Of a stretch of 64,000 bases of DNA, positions 8,990 to 19,135 are shown one piece after another. Position numbers and translations under genes: made by a program. The notes under the pieces are model-generated. The model was given only the letters and a program-made list of their open reading frames with translations, ran no database searches and was not told the DNA's origin. Every line of letters starts with the position of its first letter. Positions within the stretch are counted from its first letter, which is position 1. Source of the DNA: an uncultured Oscillospiraceae bacterium (GTDB taxonomy: Bacteria; Bacillota; Clostridia; Oscillospirales; Ruminococcaceae); the NCBI GenBank assembly GCA_910586535.1, contig CAJUHS010000002.1, positions 167,790 through 231,789 of the forward strand, given 5' to 3'.

Positions 8990-10339
8990 TCAGACAAGTC
9001 CTGCTTCTATCAGATTCTGATTATGCTCGTCCAGAGTTTCGGCGTAGAAAAATTCTCCAGTTTCCAGATTTGAGCAAAAATAGAAATAGTCTGTTTCAGC
9101 AGGATAAAGCACTGCATTTATCGCATCCAGTCCCGGGTTGCAGATAGGCCCAGGAGGAAGACCCGCCCCTTGGTATGTATCATAAGCCTTGAACATTGCC
9201 TCTGATTTGAACTCAATATTAGGTTTAATGACTTCCTCAACATAATTCGTAGTCGGGTCGGACTGTAGCAGCGGATACTCGTCTGGATTGTTCAGACGGT
9301 TAAAAAATACCGAGGCTACCATTTTCATATTCTTTGTATCCGGAGCTTCTGCCTGAATTACGGAGGCAAGCGTAAGAACATCCTCAAGCTCCATATCAAG
9401 GTCTTTCATTCGTCCGTATAGGTCGGGAGTTACCCTTGCGTCAAAGTTTTTGTAAATTTTTTTAGCAACGACCCGCGGATCCTCTTCGACATAGAATTGA
9501 TAGGTATCGGGGAAAAAGTACCCCTCCATTTTGTAAAATTTCAATGAACTTATTCTGACTTTTTCTTCAAAATCAAATCCAAAGTCTCCTGCATTAAATA
9601 CTTTTATAAACTCATCTGCGCTGCACACATTCTTTTCTTCCAGCCTTTGGGCAGCTTCAAGAAGCGTTATTCCCTCGGGAAAGATAACATCAGCTGTCTC
9701 ACGCTGATTTTCTGATTCAGCCTGCAATTCCTCAATAAGCGTATTATAATCCATTTTAGGTGACAATGTATGAGTTCCCGCTATGTAAGTTCCGTCTGCA
9801 CCCTTGAATTTTGAGAAAAGCCTGAACAGCTTAGGGTCGGAAATTATACCCTCGCTGTAAAGCTGCTCTGCAATATCAATCGTGCTTGAATTCATCGGTA
9901 TATCAACTACAAGCTCAATATCAGACTTGCCGATAGCCAAAAATTCCTTGGAGCATTTTAATATAAACACCGCAGCGAGTATAGACACGGAAATTATAAC
10001 AACGCTGAAAATAAGTCCAAAAATAATGTGACCATGACCGCGCTTTTTCTTTTTCAGCTTTTGGGGTACTTCCTCATAGTCTTCATCTTCTTCCCCGTCA
10101 AACTCTTCATAATCATGTTCCGCAGTATTTTCAGCATGTTCGTCCGAAGGCTCATTAGCGTCAGTAGGCTCCTCCGCATCTCCAGCGGCTTCAGTATCAG
10201 AATCCTCTAAAGTATCTTCGCCGTTTTCATTCGGTTCTTCAACATCGGATGAAGCCGCTTCCTCTGGCACGCTGTTCAGTATATTTTCAAGGAGAACGCT
10301 TTTTTCGCTTCGCTCCAACTCTTTCTGTTCCATCTGCAC
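8990..10339 (-). CDS. mltG: Endolytic murein transglycosylase MltG (YceG-like) with a long acidic N-terminal extension
   Basis: 449 aa; single TM, then YceG-like domain (…YFYFCSN…TGEFFYAETLDEHNQN). The first ~95 aa are extremely D/E-rich. Confidence 0.85.
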   Translation of the reverse strand: MQMEQKELERSEKSVLLENILNSVPEEAASSDVEEPNENGEDTLEDSDTEAAGDAEEPTDANEPSDEHAENTAEHDYEEFDGEEDEDYEEVPQKLKKKKRGHGHIIFGLIFSVVIISVSILAAVFILKCSKEFLAIGKSDIELVVDIPMNSSTIDIAEQLYSEGIISDPKLFRLFSKFKGADGTYIAGTHTLSPKMDYNTLIEELQAESENQRETADVIFPEGITLLEAAQRLEEKNVCSADEFIKVFNAGDFGFDFEEKVRISSLKFYKMEGYFFPDTYQFYVEEDPRVVAKKIYKNFDARVTPDLYGRMKDLDMELEDVLTLASVIQAEAPDTKNMKMVASVFFNRLNNPDEYPLLQSDPTTNYVEEVIKPNIEFKSEAMFKAYDTYQGAGLPPGPICNPGLDAINAVLYPAETDYFYFCSNLETGEFFYAETLDEHNQNLIEAGLV

Positions 10340-10946
10340 CGTTTTCCTTTCCGCATTTTTTTATATATTTTTCGGTAACAATGGTATCGACCGCAACATC
10401 AAACCGCCCGTGGATAAGCTCGGTCACAGTACAGCAGCAATAGCCTATCCCTACGAGAAACATATTCGAATGAGCCGATAAAAACCGGTCGTAATATCCC
10501 TTTCCGTACCCCAGACGGTATCCGTATCTGTCGTACACAAGTGCGGGAACTATACAAAAAGCTCCTTTGAAATCGGTAAGCTTCATGCATTTTTTCGGTA
10601 TAGGTTCAAGAACCGAAAAAGAACCGTGCTCCAAATCACGCAATGAATTTATAATATAGAATACCATATCCCGCGTATTCGGTACACATCTTGGGACAGC
10701 AACGGTTTTCCCGTCTCCGAGTGCGTGTTTTATAAACCTTATCGTATCCACCTCTATATCCGTGGAAACGTATGTTAGCACTGTCTTTGCCGCCTTATAG
10801 GAATCCAGTCCGATAAGCTTTGAAAAAATTTTTTCATCACGGAGCTTTTTCAAATTGCCAGGCATTTCACGGCGAATACGCTTATAGTTATTCCGAAGCT
10901 CGGTTTTATGCTCCCTTATATCGAAACCGGTCAGCTTCTGTACCAT
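10287..10946 (-). CDS. 5-formyltetrahydrofolate cyclo-ligase
   Basis: 219 aa; GYGKGYYDR motif and overall MTHFS layout. Confidence 0.75.
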   Translation of the reverse strand: MVQKLTGFDIREHKTELRNNYKRIRREMPGNLKKLRDEKIFSKLIGLDSYKAAKTVLTYVSTDIEVDTIRFIKHALGDGKTVAVPRCVPNTRDMVFYIINSLRDLEHGSFSVLEPIPKKCMKLTDFKGAFCIVPALVYDRYGYRLGYGKGYYDRFLSAHSNMFLVGIGYCCCTVTELIHGRFDVAVDTIVTEKYIKKCGKENGADGTERVGAKRKKRSP

Positions 10947-11479
10947 AAAATCGCTTCTCCGACTTTTTTGCTTTGCTCGGCGGAAGCGAAAACCTCCGCA
11001 AGCTTCAGCCCAAAATCCACCGCCGTACCTGCCCCGCGGGAGGTAATAATATTTCCGTCGAGTACAACAGGCTCGTCTGATACATTTGCTCCCTCAAGCT
11101 GAGACTCAAAACCTGCAAAGCATACAGCATTTCTTCCTTTGAGAATCCCTTTGTGTCCCAGTATCGACGGAGCAGCGCATATAGCTCCAATGTAAAGATT
11201 ATTAGCTATACAGTAATCGATAGCTTTCTGAACGGTTTCCGACTTTTCAAGATTGAGCGTACCGGGCATACCTCCGGGAAGAATTATTCCCTCCAGTTTT
11301 TCATCAAGACTAATAAGCTTGTCCTCTGTATCGGCAATAATAGTTATCCCGTGAGAGCTTGTTACAGCACTTCCGCCAACACCAACGGCAACGACCTCCT
11401 TGCCGCACCTGCGGAGAATGTCGATAGGTGTGACAGCCTCTGTTTCCTCAAAGCCGTTTGCAAGAAAAATGTAGATCAT
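10931..11479 (-). CDS. DJ-1/PfpI family protein
   Basis: MIYIFLANGFEETEAV… with nucleophile-elbow Cys (GAICAAP); GGGAGGA RBS before the internal ATG. Confidence 0.85.
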   Translation of the reverse strand: MIYIFLANGFEETEAVTPIDILRRCGKEVVAVGVGGSAVTSSHGITIIADTEDKLISLDEKLEGIILPGGMPGTLNLEKSETVQKAIDYCIANNLYIGAICAAPSILGHKGILKGRNAVCFAGFESQLEGANVSDEPVVLDGNIITSRGAGTAVDFGLKLAEVFASAEQSKKVGEAILWYRS

Positions 11480-11498
11480 TCCGATTCCTCCCAAAAGT

Positions 11499-12380
11499 TT
11501 ATTTGAATGTGACCTTGTTTTTATGAAGCATTATCACAGGGTAATAGGAACGCTTTGACCTGCGCAGTCCTTCCAGACCCAAATCCTCTTCTCGGTTGAT
11601 GTAGCTGTATCCAACAGTCGCAGACTTTGCAAACTCATTATTTATGGCGGCATATGCACCCTGTATATCCGAGTTCGCCTTTTCAATGTGAATATCAAAT
11701 GTGTCTGAATTTATGCCGTCTCCGATTGTAAAGCCCTGAACCTTGTTGTCCACACGGATAACTCCGCCCTTTAATTCCAGTTCACCAAAATAGTTCATAA
11801 AAGTATTTATAGCATACTGCTCCGCAACGCTGGATTCGTCATCGTATGATTGATTCAGATTGTAACTATTTACAGCAAATTCAATACACTCGTCGAAATC
11901 CTTTTCAGTCAGAATAGAATATTCCCAATTGTTTTCGTAGAATCTTGCTATGTGATTCCTTTTTTTGTGGTATTTCTTGCCGGAAAGCGTCCTGAGCTTT
12001 TCCGCGTCATAAATATAGTCGCAGTCAGATTCATCACAGGAAACGCTGTACTGTCCCTCGAAAAGTTCCTCAAAAAGACATAAGTTTTCATCTGTAACCG
12101 AACTTACCGTCAGAGGATTTCCAGTTTCCTCCGCTTCCCTTTTTAAGGTAAGGAACAGATCCTTATAGTCTCCGATCCCTGCGGGAAAAGTAAAACTCAT
12201 ACCGTATTTCATGGAGCGGGAAATATAGAAATCCTTATATCTGCATATAGCAGTATCGTATAGCCTGTGCCATGCAAAATTATTTGAAAAATTGTACTCG
12301 CAGCCTCTGAAGTCCGATTTTTTCAATAGATCGGTTATCCAAGGCCTGTCGGAAAGCTCAATAACCTTAAAATCCAACAT
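11499..12380 (-). CDS. Hypothetical protein, possibly DUF2156 (MprF C-terminal-like, GNAT fold)
   Basis: 293 aa soluble protein; weak resemblance to DUF2156 family. No firm motif. Confidence 0.45.
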   Translation of the reverse strand: MLDFKVIELSDRPWITDLLKKSDFRGCEYNFSNNFAWHRLYDTAICRYKDFYISRSMKYGMSFTFPAGIGDYKDLFLTLKREAEETGNPLTVSSVTDENLCLFEELFEGQYSVSCDESDCDYIYDAEKLRTLSGKKYHKKRNHIARFYENNWEYSILTEKDFDECIEFAVNSYNLNQSYDDESSVAEQYAINTFMNYFGELELKGGVIRVDNKVQGFTIGDGINSDTFDIHIEKANSDIQGAYAAINNEFAKSATVGYSYINREEDLGLEGLRRSKRSYYPVIMLHKNKVTFK

Positions 12381-12383
12381 ATA

Positions 12384-13043
12384 CTATAAAACCTCTTTTA
12401 TCAACTGTATAAGTCTGCCGCTTATATCACCTATCGGCAAGACTCTGTCCTCTGCGCTGCAAGGAACTATTTTCCATCCGAGCCTTTCGGCAGCATACAG
12501 CGCAGAACGTCTGCAAAGCTTCAGATACTCAACATTTGCCTCATGGATATCCTTTCTCTTTTCGTCTCCGTTATACCGTCCCGTAATAAGCCTTTGAGAA
12601 ATTTCCACAGGCATATCCAGAAAAATAACAAGATTTGGTTCTGGAAGCGCCAGTTTGGCGTACTCATAGTCTGCAAGCCATTCGAGGTAACTGTCCCACT
12701 CGCTTTCGGGAAGTTTTCCCATTTGATGTATTGCATTTGATGTAACATATCGGCTCGCCAATATCAGTTCTCCGCCAAGATAATTTTTTTCCCAAAACAT
12801 TTTATAACTTGCATAACGGTCTGCCGCATAAAAGCTTGAAGCGGCATAAGCGTTTACTTCCGCTGCATTAGCAGAAATCTCGCCGTTCAGATACATCCTT
12901 ACCAACGTCGAGGACGGCTGATCATAATCGGGAAAGCTTATTGCCTTTACAGCAGTATCAACCGCAAGTTTTTCCCTTAGAATTTCAAACTGCGTAGTCT
13001 TTCCGCTGCCGTCAAGACCGTCTATAACAACCAATTTTCCCAT
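12384..13043 (-). CDS. tmk: Thymidylate kinase-like P-loop kinase
   Basis: MGKLVVIDGLDGSGKTTQ P-loop identical to the dTMP kinase signature. The ATG at 13043 is taken as the start because the kinase N-terminus (MGKLVVIDG…) begins there; the 25 upstream codons of the longer ORF have no counterpart in Tmk-like proteins. Confidence 0.75.
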   Translation of the reverse strand: MGKLVVIDGLDGSGKTTQFEILREKLAVDTAVKAISFPDYDQPSSTLVRMYLNGEISANAAEVNAYAASSFYAADRYASYKMFWEKNYLGGELILASRYVTSNAIHQMGKLPESEWDSYLEWLADYEYAKLALPEPNLVIFLDMPVEISQRLITGRYNGDEKRKDIHEANVEYLKLCRRSALYAAERLGWKIVPCSAEDRVLPIGDISGRLIQLIKEVL

Positions 13044-13118
13044 GCAAAACCGTCTCCCAAATCGTATTATATTCATTATACCATTAAAAAAGAAATTCGT
13101 CAATATAAAGAACTGCAT

Positions 13119-13155
13119 TTAAAAAGTCCCGGAGAGGTTTTCCAGCTCCGGGACA
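13119..13155 (-). terminator. Rho-independent terminator downstream of the THUMP methyltransferase gene
   Basis: GTCCCGGAG…CTCCGGGAC 9-bp stem followed by a U-run on the minus strand. Confidence 0.55.
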
Positions 13156-13174
13156 GTCAGCAAATCTGTCAAGT

Positions 13175-14290
13175 CTATTTAAAATACATATAAAGCTGAC
13201 ATTTCAGCATTCCGTTATAGAGCTTTCTGCGCTTATCGGCGGTTTTCCCGAACAGCTTTTCAAACTCCTCGTGCGGAGAGATAACAAAGCAAGGGTGTTC
13301 CCTGTCGGCAGTAAAACGCTGTCCCATTATACTGTAAAGCTTTTCTGCTTCTCTTATCTCCAGCAGTCGCTCACCGTAGGGAGGATTGCAGATAGTCACC
13401 GTATTGGAAATATTTTCATAACTTTTTATATCCGCCTGTTTGATCTCCACCCGCTTCTGGATACCTGCCTTTCGGCAGTTTTCCTGAGTAAGAGCCACGC
13501 ACTCCGGGTCTATATCATAACCGTAGGCAAAAAAGTCTGTATCTTTTCTTATAGCTTCAAGGGCAGCTTTTCGTTCAGTCTCCCAAAGATTTTGCGGGAT
13601 AATACTCCAGTTATCGGAAGCAAAACGCCGTTTTAGTCCCGGAGCAATATTCAAAGCCTTATAGGCAGCTTCAATAAGGATAGTTCCGCTTCCGCAGAAC
13701 GGATCGCATACAACGCTGTCGCCCCGAATATGGGCAAGATCAACTATTCCCGCCGCAAGAGTCTCCTTTATAGGCGCGGCATTTGAATTTCTGCGGTATC
13801 CGCGCTTGTGAAGCCCCTCGCCGGTACTGTCCAGAAAAATCGAAACATGATTTTTAAGTATGCTGAACCTTACTTGGTACAGCGCACCCGTTTCTTCAAA
13901 ATAGCTTATACCATAATTGTTTTTCAGCCGTTCCACGGCGGCTTTTTTTATTATGGACTGACAGTCGGGAACGCTGTGCAGCTCGGAATTAAGTGAATAC
14001 CCCTTTACAGGAAACCTGTCATCCGCACCGATAAAGTCCTCAAAAGGCGCATTTTTCGTGCCCTGAAAGAGCTCCTCGAAGCTATAGGCGTCAAATTCCG
14101 CAAGCTGTACCAGAACACGCTCCGCAGTACTCAGCCAAAGATTAGCTTTAATAAGCGTACCTAAATCACCAGAAAAAGCAACCCTGCCGTCCGACACGGA
14201 AATATCCTGCCCTCCGATTCTTGTTATCTCAAATTTCAGCGTGCTTTCAAGTCCGAAGTGACACGGACAAACCATTCTTATCAAATTCAT
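13175..14290 (-). CDS. THUMP-domain class I SAM-dependent RNA methyltransferase (RlmL/YpsC-like)
   Basis: N-terminal THUMP-like region and CNPPYG catalytic motif (N6-A/m2G methyltransferase type). Confidence 0.8.
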   Translation of the reverse strand: MNLIRMVCPCHFGLESTLKFEITRIGGQDISVSDGRVAFSGDLGTLIKANLWLSTAERVLVQLAEFDAYSFEELFQGTKNAPFEDFIGADDRFPVKGYSLNSELHSVPDCQSIIKKAAVERLKNNYGISYFEETGALYQVRFSILKNHVSIFLDSTGEGLHKRGYRRNSNAAPIKETLAAGIVDLAHIRGDSVVCDPFCGSGTILIEAAYKALNIAPGLKRRFASDNWSIIPQNLWETERKAALEAIRKDTDFFAYGYDIDPECVALTQENCRKAGIQKRVEIKQADIKSYENISNTVTICNPPYGERLLEIREAEKLYSIMGQRFTADREHPCFVISPHEEFEKLFGKTADKRRKLYNGMLKCQLYMYFK

Positions 14291-16509
14291 CAGGACTGCC
14301 CCTCGTCTTTCTTTTTGGCGCTGTGGTCTGCGGTACACATTTCAGGAACAAAGGTCTTTTTATAATATCCGACCGAGCCCGTTGGACACTTTGCGCCCGC
14401 AAGCTTTCCTGTTTCAGCGCAATAGTAAAGCTCCTGAACCTCGTTGTTTACAGGGAAAGATTTCCCATCTTCCGCTTCGGCAATTTCACCAAAAACATTT
14501 TTCCACACCTGCGGTGAGCTATAATAAGTTCCTGTGGGTATCTGCTTCGGGGTAAGATAGCCGTACCATATGCCGCTGACATAGTCGGGAGTACAGCCAA
14601 CAAACGACAGATCGTGCCAATCCTGAGACGTACCGGTCTTTCCGACAAGCGGCGTATTGACAAGCTTTGCGGCACGTCCGGTTCCGTTAGGACCCTCAAT
14701 TACCGTCTGCATAAGCTTGTTCATTATATAGGCTGTATCACTGCTTATTGCCTGGATAGGCATATATTTATGCTGCAAAACAACCTTACCTGTTCCGTCA
14801 ACGACCTGCGTGTATGACGTTGGCTTGTAGTATTTTCCGCCGTTTCCAAATGCCTGATACGCCGCAACAAGCTCTTTAAGGGTAAGCCCTTCCGTAAGAG
14901 CTCCTACCGAAAGCGGTGCAATATCCGCGTCAGCAGCTGTAAGTGTAGTGACCTGGAAACGGTTTTGCAGAAATTCAAACACTTCCTGCGGAGTCTCCTG
15001 CTCAATAAGCTGAGCTGGAACAGTATTCAGCGAACGCTGCAGTGCCTGGAACGTAAAGTATCCTCCGTAATCCCATGTTTTGGAATTATAGTTATAAGGC
15101 CACTTACGAGGCAGACCCGTTTCCTCGTCTATAATTTCGGTATCCAGAGGCTTATTGGTAAATACGGTCGACCATGTGAAAAAGTCGTACTCAAGACCAT
15201 ATCCGTAAGAGGTTATCGGTTTTATACAGGAACCGGGAGAACGCTTCGACCTTGTTGCGTTGTTCCAGATATTGGAGCCAGCTTTCTCTCCGATCGCGCC
15301 AACGACAGCCTTGATATTTCCTGTATAGTCCATGCAGATAAACGCAGACTCGGGCGGGTCAGCAAGAACAGTATCCGAGAATGTACTATAATCCTTATAC
15401 TTAGCTTCGACAGCCTTCTGCATATCCAGATCCACGGTAGTATATACCTTATAGCCACCGTTATAGAGCTTGTCGCTTGCCTCGTCCTGCTCAATTCCGT
15501 AAAGCTCCTGAAAATCGGTTATTACATCATAGATAACCATATCCACAAACCAGTCCTGAATACCGTTGCCGTTTTCTTCGGATTCGTCCTTGGCATTCGG
15601 ATCGCGGAATACTATTTTCTCCTCACAGGCAGCCTCGTACTCTCTCTGAGAAATACAAGCGTTTTTATACATAAGCCACAAAACGGTCTGCTGACGTTCC
15701 AGATTCCATTCAAGACCTGATTTGAATTCGCCTGTTTCTTCGTCCTCCTTACCCTTTGCAAAGGGATTGTAGTGTACCGGGTTTTTGGGTATGGCTGCAA
15801 GGCATGCACCCTCTGCAATGGTAAGCTCAGAAACGTCCTTGCCGAAATATTTCAGCGACGCCGCCTGTATTCCCGCTGTGCTTCCTCCGAAACCTATATA
15901 GTTTAAGTATGCTTCGAGGATATCTGTTTTTGTGCAGTACTTTTCTAGCTGCGCCGCACGAAATATCTCACGCATTTTTCTGTCCCAGTTTGCGTCGTCG
16001 TCGCCGGTAACGTTTTTGACAAGCTGCTGAGTAATAGTCGAACCGCCCTGTCTGCCTCCCAGAAAGTGCAGTATCTCATTAAGAAAAGCAGTAAAGGTAC
16101 GCTTCCAGTCAACGCCTGCGTGCTCGTAGAAACGCTCGTCCTCGGTGTAAACAAAAGCGTCCTGAACGTGCTGGGGAATCTTGTCAATAGTAACGGGAAT
16201 CCTATCGGCGTTTCTGCTTATGCTTGCAAGCTCTACAAGAGAGTCGTTTTTATCATAAGCGTAAATAAACGTCGTATAGTCAAGGTCGAGATCGGAAAGT
16301 GAAATGTCGACCTGATCCTGATCAACGAACTGAAGCACATAAACCGTAAGCGCCGCAGCAATTATCGAACCTGTTATTATAACTATCAGCACAAGCGAAA
16401 GTATAGTAGTGCCTATGACCGCAAGCGTCCTTTTAATGGGATTGACCTTGCGCTTCTTCTTTTTCTTGCGAACCCTTGTTTCCTCGGGATTATTTTCTTT
16501 ATAAGCCAT
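14290..16509 (-). CDS. Class A penicillin-binding protein (PBP1A, bifunctional transglycosylase/transpeptidase)
   Basis: 739 aa; basic N-terminus plus TM; GT51 motifs (EDERFYEHAGVD, RQGGSTITQQL); transpeptidase region (…KTGTS…). Confidence 0.9.
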   Translation of the reverse strand: MAYKENNPEETRVRKKKKKRKVNPIKRTLAVIGTTILSLVLIVIITGSIIAAALTVYVLQFVDQDQVDISLSDLDLDYTTFIYAYDKNDSLVELASISRNADRIPVTIDKIPQHVQDAFVYTEDERFYEHAGVDWKRTFTAFLNEILHFLGGRQGGSTITQQLVKNVTGDDDANWDRKMREIFRAAQLEKYCTKTDILEAYLNYIGFGGSTAGIQAASLKYFGKDVSELTIAEGACLAAIPKNPVHYNPFAKGKEDEETGEFKSGLEWNLERQQTVLWLMYKNACISQREYEAACEEKIVFRDPNAKDESEENGNGIQDWFVDMVIYDVITDFQELYGIEQDEASDKLYNGGYKVYTTVDLDMQKAVEAKYKDYSTFSDTVLADPPESAFICMDYTGNIKAVVGAIGEKAGSNIWNNATRSKRSPGSCIKPITSYGYGLEYDFFTWSTVFTNKPLDTEIIDEETGLPRKWPYNYNSKTWDYGGYFTFQALQRSLNTVPAQLIEQETPQEVFEFLQNRFQVTTLTAADADIAPLSVGALTEGLTLKELVAAYQAFGNGGKYYKPTSYTQVVDGTGKVVLQHKYMPIQAISSDTAYIMNKLMQTVIEGPNGTGRAAKLVNTPLVGKTGTSQDWHDLSFVGCTPDYVSGIWYGYLTPKQIPTGTYYSSPQVWKNVFGEIAEAEDGKSFPVNNEVQELYYCAETGKLAGAKCPTGSVGYYKKTFVPEMCTADHSAKKKDEGQS

Positions 16510-16649
16510 GCTCTTCCTCCTAAGGCTGTATTTCTCTGCAAGTATATCACATATTCCCCAAGTTGTTAAGTCAAAAAAGTAAATTGTAATATTTTAAGGA
16601 AAATTGTAAACGTTCCGACACGCAAATGTTACCGTACTCGTCAAGCATA

Positions 16650-17876
16650 TCAGCCAAGAATAATATAGGAAGTAAAGCCCAGATCCATAAACGCGGATAT
16701 AGTTTCACTGAAATCAGCCTGTGAAAAATCGGTCTGCCTCAGAGCGGGAACAATCGTTATTTCATCACCCGCAAGACGCTTTATTTCGGTAAATACCGTC
16801 CTTGCCCTGTCGTATGCCATAAGCTCCGAAAGCGCGATCTCCTCGCCGTTTATCAGAGCGGTATTCTCCAGCCCGTTCGGGAAATACTCAACGGAAACTG
16901 TTTTGACCGTAAGCTCCGCAGGCTTGAACAGATCGGACTTCCCGCCGATGATCTCTCCCGCCGAAGCCATTACCATTACTGAAGAGCCGTTTGCCTCAGC
17001 CGCCTTTGCAGAAATATCTGCAATGCTTATAAGAGTCTTATACTTTGACGGGTCTTTAACTATTGCCCCCACATAATTAAGGTCTGAACTGCGGAAAGGC
17101 GGGAAAACAATACCGTCAAAAATAACATAGTCAAAGCCCGCGCTCGAAACCTCGTTTGCAAGGTATGCCGCATAGCTCTGGGTATCAGTGTCAAAAGGAG
17201 ACAGCCATGGCTTTCCTCCGTTTGCAGCCGAGTCGTCAAGCCATGTAGAGGTGCTTCCCTCAAAACGGTACGCGCCTGTTTTGTACTCTCCGTACCAGTT
17301 ATGATCCTCAAGAAGATTGATCTTTGCAATAGGAGTAAATCCCGCATTTTTTATCATAGACGATATCTGTCCGGCATACATACCTCCGGCAACAGCGCCG
17401 TCAGCGCTCAAAGCCATTTGTGAACTCGTTTTATAGTATATCTTTCCGCCCTCTGCTTTCATCGTAACGACTACAGCAGTATAGCCGCTTCCTTTTGCGC
17501 TTTCAAGAGCGTTTCTCAGCTCAGCGTCCGAAACGAGAGCTGTTTCAGGAAGCTGGTACGCAGAAAAATCAAGCTTACTGTTTTCGACGCTATCCTCGGA
17601 GACGTATGTCGACTCCTCGGGAACGTCTTCAGTCTCACCGACGGTACTGTCCGTATCGTCGGGCATAACGGGAGGAGTCCACGGTACCGTCTCCTCTGCG
17701 GAGTACTTACCGCTTCTTTCCGAAAAATACTTATATATAGGCTTTCCGACGCTGTATCCGACAAAAACCAGCGCCGCCAGAATTATTATCATAAACAAAG
17801 CCTTAAAAAATTTCTGAGTTCTTCTTTTTCGGTTGCCTGCGCGAGTACGGTAAATTTTTCTGCCGCGGCGTTCCAT
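16650..17876 (-). CDS. Membrane-anchored hypothetical protein, possibly a DUF4015-like TIM-barrel hydrolase-like fold
   Basis: 408 aa; basic cytoplasmic N-terminus, one TM, large extracytoplasmic domain. Last gene of the rnfDEA-like operon. Confidence 0.4.
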   Translation of the reverse strand: MERRGRKIYRTRAGNRKRRTQKFFKALFMIIILAALVFVGYSVGKPIYKYFSERSGKYSAEETVPWTPPVMPDDTDSTVGETEDVPEESTYVSEDSVENSKLDFSAYQLPETALVSDAELRNALESAKGSGYTAVVVTMKAEGGKIYYKTSSQMALSADGAVAGGMYAGQISSMIKNAGFTPIAKINLLEDHNWYGEYKTGAYRFEGSTSTWLDDSAANGGKPWLSPFDTDTQSYAAYLANEVSSAGFDYVIFDGIVFPPFRSSDLNYVGAIVKDPSKYKTLISIADISAKAAEANGSSVMVMASAGEIIGGKSDLFKPAELTVKTVSVEYFPNGLENTALINGEEIALSELMAYDRARTVFTEIKRLAGDEITIVPALRQTDFSQADFSETISAFMDLGFTSYIILG

Positions 17877-17898
17877 TGCCTATCATCCCTTCAACCTT

Positions 17899-18492
17899 TT
17901 AAAATTTTAATGTATAACCCGAAAGTCCCCAAAAAGCCATGCTTAATATACCTATATAGACCAGAAGCAGCGGATAACCCCTGAACGAATACGGCGCTTT
18001 CTCAGAATAAAGACGGTCGTAAACTATCGCCGTAAGGTACACCGCCAGTACAAAACCCAATCCCATGCCAATACCGTGTATAAAATATTCACCGAGGGTA
18101 TTGCAGCGTTCCGAGATAAGGAACAGCGAGCCAAGCACAGCACAGTTGAACGCGGAAATGTGTATATATTTTTTCATTCTGCCGAACATTGCCGGAGCAA
18201 ATCTCCACATACACAGCAATGTCAGGATATACACCGCGCCGAGAATTATTATATACACAAGAGGCGTATAAATATAGCTTTTTTCGTCGAAACTCAGCGC
18301 TTGATTGATAAAATATGTCAGTACGCTCATCAGTGCGGTTATATAGGTCACGCTCAAACCGAATCCAAGCAAGTTTTTACGGCTTCTTGAAACAATTATC
18401 AGCGTACTCGTACCGAGCGCTCCCGAAAATATTATGTTTTCGGCAAATACTGCTGTAAAAGCGGTAAGTATTATATTTTTCAGCATATCCAA
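17899..18492 (-). CDS. RnfA/NqrE-family membrane subunit
   Basis: 197 aa, 6 predicted TM, RnfA/RnfE superfamily pattern; 13-nt gap to the upstream gene. Confidence 0.65.
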   Translation of the reverse strand: MDMLKNIILTAFTAVFAENIIFSGALGTSTLIIVSRSRKNLLGFGLSVTYITALMSVLTYFINQALSFDEKSYIYTPLVYIIILGAVYILTLLCMWRFAPAMFGRMKKYIHISAFNCAVLGSLFLISERCNTLGEYFIHGIGMGLGFVLAVYLTAIVYDRLYSEKAPYSFRGYPLLLVYIGILSMAFWGLSGYTLKF

Positions 18493-18505
18493 TCAAACCG
18501 CCTTC

Positions 18506-19135
18506 CTACTTCTGAACCCGCTTTATCAGCAGGAGAATACTTCTGAACAGCGCCGCAAAAAGCCCCAGCAAAATAAATCCGCCGAAAGGATGTTCAAATA
18601 CCCTGAAGGACGAGGGCATACCGGTAATTTTCCCGCCTATCGTACCTGAAGCAAGTATCTCACGCACAGCTGAGAAGATCAAAACGGCAGCGTCGTAGCC
18701 GATTATACAGAATATTATGTCAAGAATCATTTTACCTTTTGTTTCCAGAAAAAATATTGACTCCGACCGTGTAACTATAAAGCTGTTCGTTATAAACAGA
18801 GGAAAAAATATCCCTATGGCTTCAACGCCCTCAGGCATGAGGTATTCCAGCAGCATGACCGATGGAACATAAACTACAGCGCCTATAAGCGTATAAAGGA
18901 TAATTCTTATAGTATAGACAATACTTTTCGGCACAAAGGACGATATCAAAAGAGTAAAAAAAGTTATCAGTGAAAACGCAGCAACCAGCATTACCGCGTC
19001 ATTGAAATTATTTGCCAGCACGATAACAGGTGCGATCACCATTCCGCTTACAAGGATCGGATTTTTGTTAATCAGCCCGTTCTTAATAATTTTTTTGAAA
19101 CTGTTATTATTGTCGTTACCGTTACTCACAATCAA
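18506..19135 (-). CDS. RnfE/NqrD-family membrane subunit
   Basis: 209 aa; KNGLINKNPILVSGMVIAPV resembles RnfE N-terminus (KKGLIKENPVFVQVLGMCP). 4-nt overlap with the upstream gene. Confidence 0.7.
   Translation of the reverse strand: MIVSNGNDNNNSFKKIIKNGLINKNPILVSGMVIAPVIVLANNFNDAVMLVAAFSLITFFTLLISSFVPKSIVYTIRIILYTLIGAVVYVPSVMLLEYLMPEGVEAIGIFFPLFITNSFIVTRSESIFFLETKGKMILDIIFCIIGYDAAVLIFSAVREILASGTIGGKITGMPSSFRVFEHPFGGFILLGLFAALFRSILLLIKRVQK

Noticed and set aside
14965-15720. 251-aa plus-strand ORF
   Set aside because: Lies entirely antisense within the PBP1A gene. It is low-complexity with no RBS, a typical antisense artefact of a long GC-balanced gene.
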